Part shown: piece after piece, positions 27,104 through 37,309 of the stretch
How the letters are laid out: every line of letters starts with the position of its first letter
How positions within the stretch are numbered: the first letter of the stretch is position 1
NCBI GenBank assembly: GCA_020724805.1
Contig: DYGI01000002.1
Span: 23,582-87,581 of the forward strand
Length of the DNA stretch: 64,000 bases
Reading direction: 5' to 3'
Source of the DNA: Candidatus Microgenomatus sp.
Lineage (GTDB): Bacteria > Patescibacteriota > Minisyncoccia > UBA6257 > GWB1-50-10
Made by a program: the position numbers and the translations under genes
The notes under the pieces: model-generated
Databases searched by the model: none
Told to the model about the DNA's origin: nothing
The model's input: only the letters and a program-made list of their open reading frames with translations

Positions 27104-27556
27104 ATGGGAAAGAAAAAAGTTGCGGCAAAAAGCGAGGCAGAGCTCGTGAAGGAATCAGAAGCGGTGGAAGCCACCGCGGCGAAAGAAGCCGCGAAAAGCG
27201 TTTCCACGCGTGTCGCGCATGGGCGCATCTACGTGAATGCTTCGTACAATAACACTATGATTACCGTGACGGATGACCAAGGGGGCGTGGTGACGTGGAT
27301 GTCTTCGGGCTCCATCGGATTTTCGGGACCCAAGAAGGCAACGCCTTTCGCCGCGTCCAAGGTGGCTGAGGCCATCGCGGAGAAGGTGAAGAAATCGGGA
27401 CCCGTGAATGTCGAAATATTTGTGCGCGGCATCGGCAAGGGAAGAGACTCCGCCATTCGCACTCTCGCCGCAAAAGGATTCACCGTGGAGTCGGTAAAGG
27501 ATATCACTCCTATCCCGCACAACGGACCGCGCCCGCGGAAGACGCGAAGGGTATAA
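27104..27556 (+). CDS. rpsK: 30S ribosomal protein S11
   Basis: ASYNNTMITVTD, KKATPFAA, DITPIPHNG.RP. Confidence 0.97.
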   Translation: MGKKKVAAKSEAELVKESEAVEATAAKEAAKSVSTRVAHGRIYVNASYNNTMITVTDDQGGVVTWMSSGSIGFSGPKKATPFAASKVAEAIAEKVKKSGPVNVEIFVRGIGKGRDSAIRTLAAKGFTVESVKDITPIPHNGPRPRKTRRV

Positions 27557-27565
27557 TACATTGCC

Positions 27566-28171
27566 ATGGCAGTCATACACGCAAAAGAAAAAAAGGAACG
27601 TTCGCTCGGCGCAAAACTTTTTTTGAAAGGTGATCGTTGTAATTCGCCGAAGTGCGTTACCGTGCGGCGACCAGAGCGACCCGGACAGCACAAAGATGCG
27701 CGGCGCCAGCTCTCCGAATATGGACGGCAGCTCCAAGAGAAGCAGCGCATCCAAGTGTATTTCGGGCTTACGAACCGCCAAATGGAAAAATATTTTTCCG
27801 CCGATTCGCCTATCGCTATCGCAAACGCGCTTGAGCGTCGTTTGGACCACGCGGTGTTCGCGCTCGGGCTTGCAAAATCCCCGCGTATTGCCCGCCAACT
27901 CATCTCACATGGCCACATCGTGGTAAATGGGAGGAAGGTCACTACCGCATCCTATGAGGTTCGCGTGGGAGACCTAATTGCGATTCGCCCCGAATCGAGG
28001 ACGAGCAAGCTTTTTGAGGGGCTCGGCGCGCGCCTCAAAGAGTACTCGTGCCCGGGGTGGTTTGCGCTCGATGCGGAAAAATTCGAGGGAAAATGCGTGA
28101 AACTTCCGAGCGAAGACGACCACCAGTTCCCATTCGAAATTTCGCTCGCGAGCCAGTTCTACGACCGATAA
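27566..28171 (+). CDS. rpsD: 30S ribosomal protein S4
   Basis: [38 protein letters not shown]. Confidence 0.97.
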   Translation: MAVIHAKEKKERSLGAKLFLKGDRCNSPKCVTVRRPERPGQHKDARRQLSEYGRQLQEKQRIQVYFGLTNRQMEKYFSADSPIAIANALERRLDHAVFALGLAKSPRIARQLISHGHIVVNGRKVTTASYEVRVGDLIAIRPESRTSKLFEGLGARLKEYSCPGWFALDAEKFEGKCVKLPSEDDHQFPFEISLASQFYDR

Positions 28172-28214
28172 TATTGATTCATTCGGGGAAAGTTGGTACT
28201 ATAAGAACCGCGTT

Positions 28215-28976
28215 ATGAAATACTCACACCTCAGCGACACCATTTCTATAAAGACCGTTTCCGAGAAAGGGAATGTGGGCGTATTCCATATGGAAGGCCT
28301 GTACACCGGATACGGCCACACGCTCGGTACCGCGTTCCGCCGGACGCTTCTTTCTTCGCTTCCCGGCGCGGCAATCACCCAAATAAAGATAAAAGGAGTG
28401 GACCATGAATTTTCCACCGTTCCCGGCATGCTTGAGGACATAGTGGAATTTACCCTGAACTTGAAAAAAGTTCGGTTTCATTTCTTTGCGGACGAACCAC
28501 AGGTCCTCACCCTCAAGGTGAAGGGCGAACGTGTGGTGACCTCCGCGGATATCGAGGCGACCACGCTTGCAAAAGTGGTGAATCCCAACCTCCACCTCGC
28601 GACCCTTACGAAAAAAACCGCCGAGCTTGATATGGAGCTCACCGTTGAAAAGGGCTTGGGGTATGTGCCCGCGGAGGCGCGTCGCCTTGAGCGGCTCCCG
28701 GTAGGAACTGTGGTGCTCGACGCGATTTTTTCGCCTGTGGTCAGAGTGGCCGCAACGGTAGAGAACATGCGCGTAGGGGACCGTACCGACTTCAACCGTC
28801 TCATTTTGGAAGTGGAGACCGACGGCTCCATCTCTCCTTCCGAAGCGCTCCATAAAGCAGGGAATATTCTTAAGGATCACTTTGAAAAAACAGCCGCAGT
28901 CGAGGTAAAGCCGCTCGCGGAAGCACCCAGTGAAGAGAAGCGCGAAACGAAGCGGAAGAAAGTAACGAAGGAGTAA
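28215..28976 (+). CDS. rpoA: RNA polymerase alpha subunit (N-terminal domain only, no alpha-CTD)
   Basis: GYGHTLG...RR.LLSSLPGAA, HEFST.PG..ED, KGLGYVPA, DAIFSPV, VGDRTDF; ends at 253 aa. Confidence 0.95.
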   Translation: MKYSHLSDTISIKTVSEKGNVGVFHMEGLYTGYGHTLGTAFRRTLLSSLPGAAITQIKIKGVDHEFSTVPGMLEDIVEFTLNLKKVRFHFFADEPQVLTLKVKGERVVTSADIEATTLAKVVNPNLHLATLTKKTAELDMELTVEKGLGYVPAEARRLERLPVGTVVLDAIFSPVVRVAATVENMRVGDRTDFNRLILEVETDGSISPSEALHKAGNILKDHFEKTAAVEVKPLAEAPSEEKRETKRKKVTKE

Positions 28977-28978
28977 CC

Positions 28979-29329
28979 GTGCGGCACGCGAACAAGGGAA
29001 GAAAATTCGGCCGCGAGCGAGGGCAGCGTCGCGCGTTCCTTCGGAATCTCGCGGGGCAGCTTATCACCCGTGAGCGTATCACGACCACCGAAGCACGGGC
29101 GAAGGAGCTCCGCATGGTGGTGGAAAGGCTTGTGACGTACGGGAAAAAACAGAATGTGGCGGCGTTGCGCATGCTTGTGCAGAAATTGCCGAAAGCGGCG
29201 GCGTACAAGGCGTACCACGAGCTTGGGCCGCGCTACGCATCCCGTGCCGGCGGATACACGCGCGTGATAAAACAGGCTCGTGCGCGGAAAACCGACGGCG
29301 CGAAAATGGCGGTCATTGAATTTGTATAA
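28979..29329 (+). CDS. rplQ: 50S ribosomal protein L17
   Basis: MRH...GRKFGR, RITTTEARAKE, GGYTRVIK. Confidence 0.97.
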   Translation: MRHANKGRKFGRERGQRRAFLRNLAGQLITRERITTTEARAKELRMVVERLVTYGKKQNVAALRMLVQKLPKAAAYKAYHELGPRYASRAGGYTRVIKQARARKTDGAKMAVIEFV

Positions 29330-29341
29330 TCACCAATCGCT

Positions 29342-29683
29342 ATGGAACACGAAATCGACGCAAAAGGAAAACGATTGGGGCGGATAGCCTCCGAGATTGC
29401 GGGCATTCTCCAAGGGAAACACTCGACCGCGTATGAGCCGCGGCTTGAGGGAAATGACCGCGTGAGGGTGAAAAACATCGACAAGCTTGCGCTCTCCGAG
29501 CGAAAGCAAACCGGCAAATTCTACTATCGTCACACGGGACCTCTCGGTCACTTGAAGGTTCGTTCGCTGAAGGATGTGTATGCAAAAAACCCTGCGTGGG
29601 TTTTGCGAAACGCGGTGCGCCTCATGCTTCCGAAGAATAAGCTGCTTGCCCGCCGGATGAAGAGACTTACCATCACCTCATAA
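29342..29683 (+). CDS. rplM: 50S ribosomal protein L13 (short form)
   Basis: IDAKGKRLGRIASEIA, YYRHTG, AVRLMLPKN. Confidence 0.95.
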   Translation: MEHEIDAKGKRLGRIASEIAGILQGKHSTAYEPRLEGNDRVRVKNIDKLALSERKQTGKFYYRHTGPLGHLKVRSLKDVYAKNPAWVLRNAVRLMLPKNKLLARRMKRLTITS

Positions 29684-29688
29684 CTTTT

Positions 29689-30135
29689 ATGACCATGCTC
29701 AAAAAAACCAACCCCGCAAAACCGTCGCGCCCCGCGCACAAGGAAGGCCGGTACGTCGCCGCGATAGGACGCCGCAAAACAGCCGTGGCGCGCACTCGCG
29801 TGGTTGCGGGAGGGAAAGGCATTTCGATTACGGTGAACGGGAAGGATTTTAAGAAATATTTCCCGCTTAAGAAGCTTCAAACGACGGTTACGGCGCCCTT
29901 TTTGGCGGTATCCATGAAGGACGCGGAGGTTGCTGCGCGTGCGATGGGGGGAGGTGTGCGCGCCCAGGCGGAGGCGGTTCGCCTCGCAATCGCGCGTGCG
30001 CTCGTCACCATCGACGCCGCAAATCGACCTAGATTGAAAACGCTCGGGTTTTTGAAGCGCGACCCACGCATGGTGGAGCGCAAGAAACCGGGACTTCGGA
30101 AAGCGCGAAGGCCTCAGCAATGGAGAAAGAGGTAG
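29689..30135 (+). CDS. rpsI: 30S ribosomal protein S9
   Basis: GRRKTAVAR, GGG...QAEAVR, RDPRMVERKKPGLRKARR.QQW.KR. Confidence 0.97.
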   Translation: MTMLKKTNPAKPSRPAHKEGRYVAAIGRRKTAVARTRVVAGGKGISITVNGKDFKKYFPLKKLQTTVTAPFLAVSMKDAEVAARAMGGGVRAQAEAVRLAIARALVTIDAANRPRLKTLGFLKRDPRMVERKKPGLRKARRPQQWRKR

Positions 30136-30141
30136 TTTTCT

Positions 30142-30166
30142 AAAGCCCCACTATATGTGGGGCTTT
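30142..30166. terminator. Bidirectional intrinsic terminator
   Basis: AAAGCCCCAC-TATAT-GTGGGGCTTT between convergent genes. Confidence 0.8.
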
Positions 30167-30197
30167 CCATTGTTGGGATAGAAAGGGTCGGGGAGCG

Positions 30198-31535
30198 TTA
30201 TTCCTCGAATGAGAGCGCCATTAACTCTCCGCTCTCATGGAGCACGTATGCGGTGAACCCGGTGAACGCGAACTCTTTCACGCGGTGTGCGAGCGTCACA
30301 TGGTTTTGCTCCCCGTGAAATCCAAGTTCCGCGGCGATAAGCTCGTTTCCTGCGAGGAAGAAAAGATAACGGGGAAGCGAGGAATTCCACGCGAGCGCGT
30401 GAGGAGGCGCGCCTCCTTCCCATAGAAGAAAAGTGGTTGCCTGAGGCACGAGTCTATCTCCCGTGTAGTGGTCAAGAAAATAGAGGGAGATTTTTCCCTC
30501 ACGTGCGTACGCTACCCGTGCGCCTCCGGGGGAGAGCGAAAATTCGGTCACGCGGTCGGCAATTACCACGCGGCTTCCGCTCGCGCGATAGTATGCGGTA
30601 AGCTCTCCTTCCGCAGTAAGGAACACCAATTTATCGCCTCCCGCGGTACTTTCCATACGGGCGATGGCTCCCGATGCAAATGGCGCGGTAGCCACGGTTT
30701 TGAACACCAAGTCCACCGCCGTAAGCGATCCGTCGGCTCCGAGAAGCAACACTTCGGAATCGTTCCATGCGACACGAGCCACCTGTTCGATGGTGGCGAG
30801 GCGTTCGAGGGAAATGCGCCTGGTGTCGAGCGCGTAGAGAGAAGTTTCGGTTACGATGAGAAATTTTCCTGCGCTGAAAGGATGGGGACGGATATCTATC
30901 AACGGAACGATGCCGGGAAGATCGAGCTCACGCTCCTTGAGCGAGTGAAAGAGTGTGGAAAGGTTGAGTGTGGAACTCTCAGCATCTTTACCTACGAGAT
31001 AGACAGTCCCTTCGGTGCGCGTGATGAGCGTAGCGGCATCATCCGAGGCATAGGCGATTGCGGCGCCCCGCATAAACGTGCCGTCCAGCGACAAAGTTCC
31101 ATCCAAGGAGCGAATCACAGGGATTCCCGCGGAAAGAGCGAATGAATCAACGCGGGGAGTTATTGCGGTAGTGCTTGCCGTGACTGGCCAGAGAAATATA
31201 TCGGTGGCACGCGTTACGATACCTCGGGTCACCGGAAGAGACGCACGCCAAGGTATTCGACCCTCGGCTTCGGCGCGCACTTCGTACGTGTTGGGAGAAA
31301 GATTTTTTATGAGCGTGCCCCCGGAGAGAATGCCGGGATTTTCAGTGACCCGGGCGCCGTTCAGGAATAGATCAGCGGCACGCGGAATCGTGGCGACAAA
31401 AAGAGAACCGGTACGAAGCACCGCGCCACCCGTGCCTACCGTGACCCCGAGCGCGATGCTTACCGCCACAACCCCCCCCACAATGAAAAGTGCGACGAGC
31501 GAATAGAACACTATGCGTCTGGTGGTGGTATGCAC
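30198..31535 (-). CDS. Membrane-anchored PEGA-domain protein with a probable beta-propeller
   Basis: N-terminal TM; TGSLFVATIP..A.LFLNG...IKNL.P..Y.V PEGA pattern; FSLSPGG propeller-like repeats. Confidence 0.65.
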   Translation of the reverse strand: MHTTTRRIVFYSLVALFIVGGVVAVSIALGVTVGTGGAVLRTGSLFVATIPRAADLFLNGARVTENPGILSGGTLIKNLSPNTYEVRAEAEGRIPWRASLPVTRGIVTRATDIFLWPVTASTTAITPRVDSFALSAGIPVIRSLDGTLSLDGTFMRGAAIAYASDDAATLITRTEGTVYLVGKDAESSTLNLSTLFHSLKERELDLPGIVPLIDIRPHPFSAGKFLIVTETSLYALDTRRISLERLATIEQVARVAWNDSEVLLLGADGSLTAVDLVFKTVATAPFASGAIARMESTAGGDKLVFLTAEGELTAYYRASGSRVVIADRVTEFSLSPGGARVAYAREGKISLYFLDHYTGDRLVPQATTFLLWEGGAPPHALAWNSSLPRYLFFLAGNELIAAELGFHGEQNHVTLAHRVKEFAFTGFTAYVLHESGELMALSFEE

Positions 31536-31596
31536 CTCATCACCCTATCCCAACGGTTTGAATTTTTGAAGGGCGGAGGGTAGCATGAAGACGATT

Positions 31597-32604
31597 ATGT
31601 TCATCCGGAAGATCGGTATCGACCTAGGCACTACGAACACCGTGGTATTCCATCCCGACAAAGGTATCGTAATCAACGAGCCGACGGTGGTGGCACTTCG
31701 GAAGCCCGGCGAAGAAGTATTGGCGGTCGGCGCGGAAGCGAAGGAAATGGTGGGACGTACGCCGGACGATATTGTGACCTACCGCCCATTGAAGGATGGC
31801 GTCATCGCGGAATATTACATTACCCGTTCGATGCTGAAATATTTCATCGCAAAGGGTATTGGCGCGTGGAATCTCATTCGTCCCGAAGTGGTAATTTCCG
31901 TTCCCGCGGGCATCACATCCACCGAGTATCGCGCGGTGATGAACGCCGCGCGCGAAGCGGGCGCCAAAGAGGTTTATCTTGTGAAAGAGCCGCTCCTTGC
32001 CTCACTCGGGGCCGGCATTCCCATACATTCAGCCGAGGGGAACATGATAGTAAATATCGGTGGCGGGACTACCGAAGTGGCGGTCATTTCTTTGGGGGGC
32101 ATCGTGACGTGGGAGAGTCTGCGGGTCGCGGGAAACCGCTTTGATATGGCCATCACGGATTTCATAAGAAAAAAGTATGGTCTTGCGGTGGGAGAAACGA
32201 GTGCCGAGAACATCAAAATAGGGATAGGTACCGCAGTGCCGAATCGGAACCGGCTTGAGATGAAGGTACGGGGGCGCGACCTCCGTTCCGGGCTCCCTCG
32301 CGATCTCGTGGTCAATTCGAACGAGATGGCAGAGGCGATAAACCCCCACCTTGTGGAAATTGCGAACGCCATTCAGGCGGTGTTCAACGTGACGCCTCCG
32401 GAACTTGCCGCCGACATCATGGAAAAGGGGATAATCCTTTCCGGAGGTTCCTCGCAGCTCCGCGATCTCCCCGAGTTTCTTCGGCGCACACTCGGTGTTT
32501 CCGCCTACCTTGCGGAAGACGCCATTCTTTGCGTCGCGAAAGGCACCGCTACCATTTTAGGTCATCTTGATGTCTACAAACGTACGCTCCTCCATCGCCG
32601 ATAG
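31597..32604 (+). CDS. mreB: Rod shape-determining actin-like protein MreB (paralogue 1)
   Basis: [42 protein letters not shown]. Confidence 0.93.
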   Translation: MFIRKIGIDLGTTNTVVFHPDKGIVINEPTVVALRKPGEEVLAVGAEAKEMVGRTPDDIVTYRPLKDGVIAEYYITRSMLKYFIAKGIGAWNLIRPEVVISVPAGITSTEYRAVMNAAREAGAKEVYLVKEPLLASLGAGIPIHSAEGNMIVNIGGGTTEVAVISLGGIVTWESLRVAGNRFDMAITDFIRKKYGLAVGETSAENIKIGIGTAVPNRNRLEMKVRGRDLRSGLPRDLVVNSNEMAEAINPHLVEIANAIQAVFNVTPPELAADIMEKGIILSGGSSQLRDLPEFLRRTLGVSAYLAEDAILCVAKGTATILGHLDVYKRTLLHRR

Positions 32605-33382
32605 TGTATTTCTCGGACATGAAGCACATGTCCGCGATTTCACGCGACTTGCCGCAGAAAATCTTCTCGGGCATGCGTATTGTTTCTTTGGAGATGAAGG
32701 AGTAGGGAAATTCCGTTTTGCGCGCGCATTCGCTCATTTTCTCGAACGGGGGCAATGGAATACCAACGATGCCGCAATACTTTCGGATGTGTTGGTCATC
32801 GAATGTGGCGCCGAAGAAACCTCGGTGGGAGTCGACGTGGTACGCGCGGTGCGTAAGTTTCTCGCGGAAACTCCATTTCATTCTCCGCGGCGCACGGTCA
32901 TCGTAAGGGATGCCGAACTTCTTACGTGGGAAGCGGAGAGCGCGTTCCTGAAAATCATGGAGGAACCACCTTCACACGCACTTATTCTTATGACGGTGCG
33001 AACTCCCGAATCGCTCTTTCCGCCCCTTGTGAGCCGTATGGCAAAGGTTCATTTTGCGCGGCTCGCGCGAAAAACTCTGACGGAAACATTAGTACATGAG
33101 TTCAAGGTGCCTTTGCGCGAAGCATCTGCAGTCTCTTCTCGCTCGTTCGGCCGCGTGGGATATGCGCTCCGTCTTGTTGCGGAAAAGAAAAAAGCCTCGA
33201 AGAAAAGCGATAAAACGCTCGCGCAGGAACTTGAATCGCTCATACTTGCACGGTGGGAGAAGGGAGTGAAGGGAGAGGCGCGCGCGCTCGCGTTCCTCCT
33301 CGCCCGCTTTGAGGCGGCGTCCCGCTTCAATTTGAATCCTCGCCTCCAATCGAAGGCGATTTCGTATATGATATCCGGGTGA
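32570..33382 (+). CDS. holB: DNA polymerase III delta-prime subunit (shortened)
   Basis: GH...HAYCFFGDEGVGK, AESAFLKIMEEPP, LVSR. Confidence 0.8.
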   Translation: MSTNVRSSIADSVFLGHEAHVRDFTRLAAENLLGHAYCFFGDEGVGKFRFARAFAHFLERGQWNTNDAAILSDVLVIECGAEETSVGVDVVRAVRKFLAETPFHSPRRTVIVRDAELLTWEAESAFLKIMEEPPSHALILMTVRTPESLFPPLVSRMAKVHFARLARKTLTETLVHEFKVPLREASAVSSRSFGRVGYALRLVAEKKKASKKSDKTLAQELESLILARWEKGVKGEARALAFLLARFEAASRFNLNPRLQSKAISYMISG

Positions 33383-33384
33383 CC

Positions 33385-33933
33385 ATGGACATTCTTCAAG
33401 ATTTTAAAAACGTGCTCGCAAAGCTTTTGGACGAGGTAAAAACCGCGCTCGCAGGCGTTCGCACCAATCGGCCGAATACCGGACTGGTGGAAGACCTCAA
33501 AGTGAGCCACTACGGAGGAACCTTTCCCGTAAAGCAATTGGGATCCGTGGGCGTGATGCCGCCGCGGGAGATACGGATTGAGGTGTGGGATGCAAGCGCG
33601 GTGCCGGCGGTGGCCAAAGCCATAGAGACCTCTGCTCTTGGTCTCACCGCGAATACGGAAGGAAACGTCATCCGCATCTTTCTGCCGGAACTTTCCGATG
33701 AGCGCCGCAAAGAGCTGACGAAATATATAGGGACCGTGGCCGAGGAACACCGCATAAAAGTGCGCCATGCACGCGATGAAGCGAACAAGCGCGTTCAAAA
33801 AGCGTTTGACGGAGGCGAACTCACCGAAGATCAAAAGTTCCGCACGAAGGAAGATATCCAAAAAGCGACCGATGGCTGGAACGAAGCGGTGGACGCGCTC
33901 GTGGAGAAAAAGGAAGAGGAGATACGCGCATGA
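33385..33933 (+). CDS. frr: Ribosome recycling factor
   Basis: VRTNRP, V.HYG, PELSDERRKEL, VRHARD, TED. Confidence 0.95.
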   Translation: MDILQDFKNVLAKLLDEVKTALAGVRTNRPNTGLVEDLKVSHYGGTFPVKQLGSVGVMPPREIRIEVWDASAVPAVAKAIETSALGLTANTEGNVIRIFLPELSDERRKELTKYIGTVAEEHRIKVRHARDEANKRVQKAFDGGELTEDQKFRTKEDIQKATDGWNEAVDALVEKKEEEIRA

Positions 33934-35000
33934 CCGTACTTCTTGTCATCATCGCACTCTCACTTCTCGTGCTCATCCATGAGCTCGGACATTTTGCGGC
34001 GGCAAAACTATTCGGCATACGCGTCGATGAGTTCGGATTCGGGTTTCCTCCCAAAGTGCTTTCGTGGATGAAGGGCGAGACGAGGTATAGCATAAACCTT
34101 CTGCCGTTCGGGGGGTTTGTTCGTATTTTCGGCGAGGACACCGCACCTCCTGCCGGCGATCCCGATGCGCGGCGCGCGTTCGTAACGAAATCCGTAGGCG
34201 CACGCGCGGTGGTGATAGGCGGTGGCGTGGTAATGAATTTCCTTGCGGGATGGCTTTTGCTTTCGGTGGTTTTCATGCTCGGTTCGGCATCGCATCTGGG
34301 GATTTCCCATGTGGCGCCCGGTTCTCCTGCGGAAATGGCGGGACTTGTCGAAGGCGATCTGGTGCTTCGCGCCGCGAACCCGCTCGAGAGCCAGATGCCT
34401 CTTACGGACCCAATTTCACTCGACGCATTTGTGGAGCTTGTGAATACCACCGCTTCGGATGGGGTGCCGGTTATGCTTACCGTGCTTCGGAGCGGTGACG
34501 AACTCTCATTTGAGATAGTAGGGCGTGCGGTGCCGCCCGAGGGAGAAGGAGCGCTCGGTATCGCGCTTTTTGATACCGGGATGCCCCGCGAGGGTTTCTT
34601 TGAAAGTTTTGTAAAGGGCGCCGAAGCGACATTAGAGCTCGTGAAAGCGATTCTCGTCGGCCTTGCGGAATTTTTCATTGGACTTTTCACGGAAGCCGAC
34701 ACGTTCCAGGCGGTTACCGGACCGGTGGGCGTGGTTGCGGTGGTGGCGGGGAGCGTGTCGTTCGGCGTTGCGCCCTTTTTGAATCTTATGGCGCTCATCT
34801 CTCTCCACCTTGCGCTCCTCAATTTCCTTCCGCTTCCCGCGTTGGATGGGGGACGACTTTTCTTCCTGGTGGTCGAAGCGCTCAAAGGTTCCCCGGTCTC
34901 GCGGAAAATAGAGCGCGCCACCCACGCGGTAGGATTTGCGCTTCTCCTGCTCCTTATGGTGGTGGTTACGGTACGTGACATCGGTCGGCTCATCCCCTAG
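33930..35000 (+). CDS. rseP: RseP-like site-2 protease (M50) with PDZ domain
   Basis: HELGH, FGFGFPP, LPFGGFV, NFLPLPALDGG. Confidence 0.92.
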   Translation: MTVLLVIIALSLLVLIHELGHFAAAKLFGIRVDEFGFGFPPKVLSWMKGETRYSINLLPFGGFVRIFGEDTAPPAGDPDARRAFVTKSVGARAVVIGGGVVMNFLAGWLLLSVVFMLGSASHLGISHVAPGSPAEMAGLVEGDLVLRAANPLESQMPLTDPISLDAFVELVNTTASDGVPVMLTVLRSGDELSFEIVGRAVPPEGEGALGIALFDTGMPREGFFESFVKGAEATLELVKAILVGLAEFFIGLFTEADTFQAVTGPVGVVAVVAGSVSFGVAPFLNLMALISLHLALLNFLPLPALDGGRLFFLVVEALKGSPVSRKIERATHAVGFALLLLLMVVVTVRDIGRLIP

Positions 35001-35022
35001 GATGGTGAAAGAGCGTTCCTCT

Positions 35023-36267
35023 ATGAGACAATCAACCCTTTTTCTTAAAACCCAACGTGAGTTTCCCAAGGATGAAGCGGCGGTGAACGCAAAGTTGCTT
35101 ATCCGAGGGAACTTCATCCACAAACTTATGGCGGGCGTCTACACGATGTTGCCGCTCGGGTTTCGCGTACGCGAGAAGGTTATCGCCATTATTCGTGATG
35201 AGATGGATATGCTCGGTGCCGAGATGCTCATGCCGGCGCTCCATCCGCGCGCGACGTGGGATGCGACGGGACGGTGGGAGGGAATGCAAAAGGTGATGTA
35301 TCAGTTCAAGGACCATGGTGGTCGCGATGTGGGGCTTGGGCCTACGCACGAGGAGGTCATTGCGGAGGTTGCAAAACAGATAATTTCCTCATATCAGGAC
35401 CTCCCGAAGGCCATCTACCAGATACAGACGAAGTTCAGGGACGAAGAAAGGCCAAAATCAGGACTCCTTCGCGGGCGGGAGTTTACCATGAAGGATCTTT
35501 ACAGTTTTCACGCGGACACCGCGTCGCTCGAGCAATACTACGAGCGGGTAAAAGATGCCTACCACGCCGTATTCAAGCGGATGGGCCTTATGGCCCATCT
35601 CACGGAGGCTTCAGGGGGCGATTTCTCCAAATATTCTCATGAGTTTATGGTGGAGGCGGACGCGGGCGAAGATAAAGTGCTTTTGTGCCGTCTCTGTGGA
35701 TTCGCGCGGAATGCGGAGATAGCCGAAGAAAAGAAGGGCAAATGTACGAAGTGCGGCGAAGGCATGCTCGAGAATATCAACGGTATCGAAGTGGGGAACA
35801 TTTTCAAACTCGGCACGCGCTTCTCGGAACCCGTGGGGCTTGTGTTCAAAGATAAAGACGGCGAGACGCACCCGGTCATCATGGCCTCTTACGGTATCGG
35901 GGTGGAACGACTTATCGGCACAATCGCGGAAACGCACCACGACGACAAAGGATTGATGTGGCCGGAAGCGGTAGCGCCCTTCATGGTCCACCTGCTCCGC
36001 GTGGGCGCCGAGGATGATGGACTTACGAAGTTCGCGGACAAGGTTTACGATGATCTCGTGAAGAAAGGAATCGAGGTGCTCTATGACGATCGGCCGGGCG
36101 TGAGCGCGGGCGAGAAATTCGCCGACGCCGATCTCATCGGTATTCCGTGGCGCGTGGTCGTTTCGGAGCGTACCCACGCATCGGAAAAAGTGGAAGTGAA
36201 GAGGAGGGGGGAGAATGATGCAAAGCTCGTGACTCCTTCGGCGCTCGCGGCGCTGGTGAACGCATAA
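35023..36267 (+). CDS. proS: Proline--tRNA ligase
   Basis: LGPTHEE, YQIQTKFRDE.RP..GLLRGREF.MKD.YSF, IEVGNIFKLG, GEKFADADLIG. Confidence 0.96.
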   Translation: MRQSTLFLKTQREFPKDEAAVNAKLLIRGNFIHKLMAGVYTMLPLGFRVREKVIAIIRDEMDMLGAEMLMPALHPRATWDATGRWEGMQKVMYQFKDHGGRDVGLGPTHEEVIAEVAKQIISSYQDLPKAIYQIQTKFRDEERPKSGLLRGREFTMKDLYSFHADTASLEQYYERVKDAYHAVFKRMGLMAHLTEASGGDFSKYSHEFMVEADAGEDKVLLCRLCGFARNAEIAEEKKGKCTKCGEGMLENINGIEVGNIFKLGTRFSEPVGLVFKDKDGETHPVIMASYGIGVERLIGTIAETHHDDKGLMWPEAVAPFMVHLLRVGAEDDGLTKFADKVYDDLVKKGIEVLYDDRPGVSAGEKFADADLIGIPWRVVVSERTHASEKVEVKRRGENDAKLVTPSALAALVNA

Positions 36268-36271
36268 ACTT

Positions 36272-37303
36272 ATGGCATTCCATTTCAAAAAAGTGCTCGG
36301 CATAGATCTCGGTACAGATACCACTCAGGTATATCTGAAAGGGGTTGGCCTTGTGGTCAACGAGCCTTCGATCGTGGCGTTCAATAATCGGACGAATCGC
36401 GTGGTCGCAGTGGGAAACGAGGCGAAGAAGATGCTTGCGCGAACTCCCGCCCATATCACCGCGCTTCGCCCGGTGACGCACGGAATCATCGCCGATTTCG
36501 ATATGGCGCGTGAAATGCTCGAGCGGTTTCTGAAACGCGAAAAACTTCCGTGGTCATGGGCGACCGAAGCGGTGGTCTCCGTTCCCACCAACCTGACCGA
36601 AGTGGAGCGGAAGTCGGTAGAAGACCTTCTCCGCGAGGTGGGGGCTTCCCCGGTACACCTCATCGAGCAGCCGCTTGCCGCGGCATTCGGCATCCGCTTG
36701 GCGGTCGACGAACCGACTGCATTTCTCATTATCGATGTGGGGGCGGGTACCACCGATGCGGCCATTCTTTCTTTGAACGGCATCGTGGTGTCACGTCGTC
36801 TCAAGATAGGCGGTGACTATCTAAACGCGGAGATCGTGCGGGGCATGCGGGAAGAGTTCAAGCTTGCGGTGGGAGAACCTACCGCGGAAGAGATAAAACT
36901 CGCGGTGGGATCGGTAATCGCAAACGGGGAGCGTTTGGAAGTGGTGGTGCGCGGGCGTGATGTGGCAAGCGGGCTCCCGCGTGAAGTAGCGGTGAAGGAT
37001 AACCACGTGCGTGCGTGGCTTCTTCGACCCGTGCGTGCGATTGTGGACGCCTTAAAAGACATGATAGAAACGGCGCCTCCCGAGCTTGCGGGCGACATCT
37101 ATAAAAATGGGATGTATCTGTGCGGAGGCACTGCGCTCCTTCGTGGCATCGGGGACCTCCTTGCGAAAGAGATCGGGGTTCGGGTGATGTTGGTCGAAGA
37201 TCCCTTAACCTGCGTGGTGCGCGGCGTCGGTGTGGTGGCGGAAAACATTCCAGCGCACGCCCACCTCGTGAATAACTTTCCGGGGCCTAAGATCAAGGAT
37301 TAG
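36272..37303 (+). CDS. mreB: Rod shape-determining protein MreB (paralogue 2, in the mreBCD operon)
   Basis: LGIDLGT, NEPSIVA, GIIADFD, DVGAGTT, GRDV.SGLP. Confidence 0.93.
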   Translation: MAFHFKKVLGIDLGTDTTQVYLKGVGLVVNEPSIVAFNNRTNRVVAVGNEAKKMLARTPAHITALRPVTHGIIADFDMAREMLERFLKREKLPWSWATEAVVSVPTNLTEVERKSVEDLLREVGASPVHLIEQPLAAAFGIRLAVDEPTAFLIIDVGAGTTDAAILSLNGIVVSRRLKIGGDYLNAEIVRGMREEFKLAVGEPTAEEIKLAVGSVIANGERLEVVVRGRDVASGLPREVAVKDNHVRAWLLRPVRAIVDALKDMIETAPPELAGDIYKNGMYLCGGTALLRGIGDLLAKEIGVRVMLVEDPLTCVVRGVGVVAENIPAHAHLVNNFPGPKIKD

Positions 37304-37309
37304 TACGAC

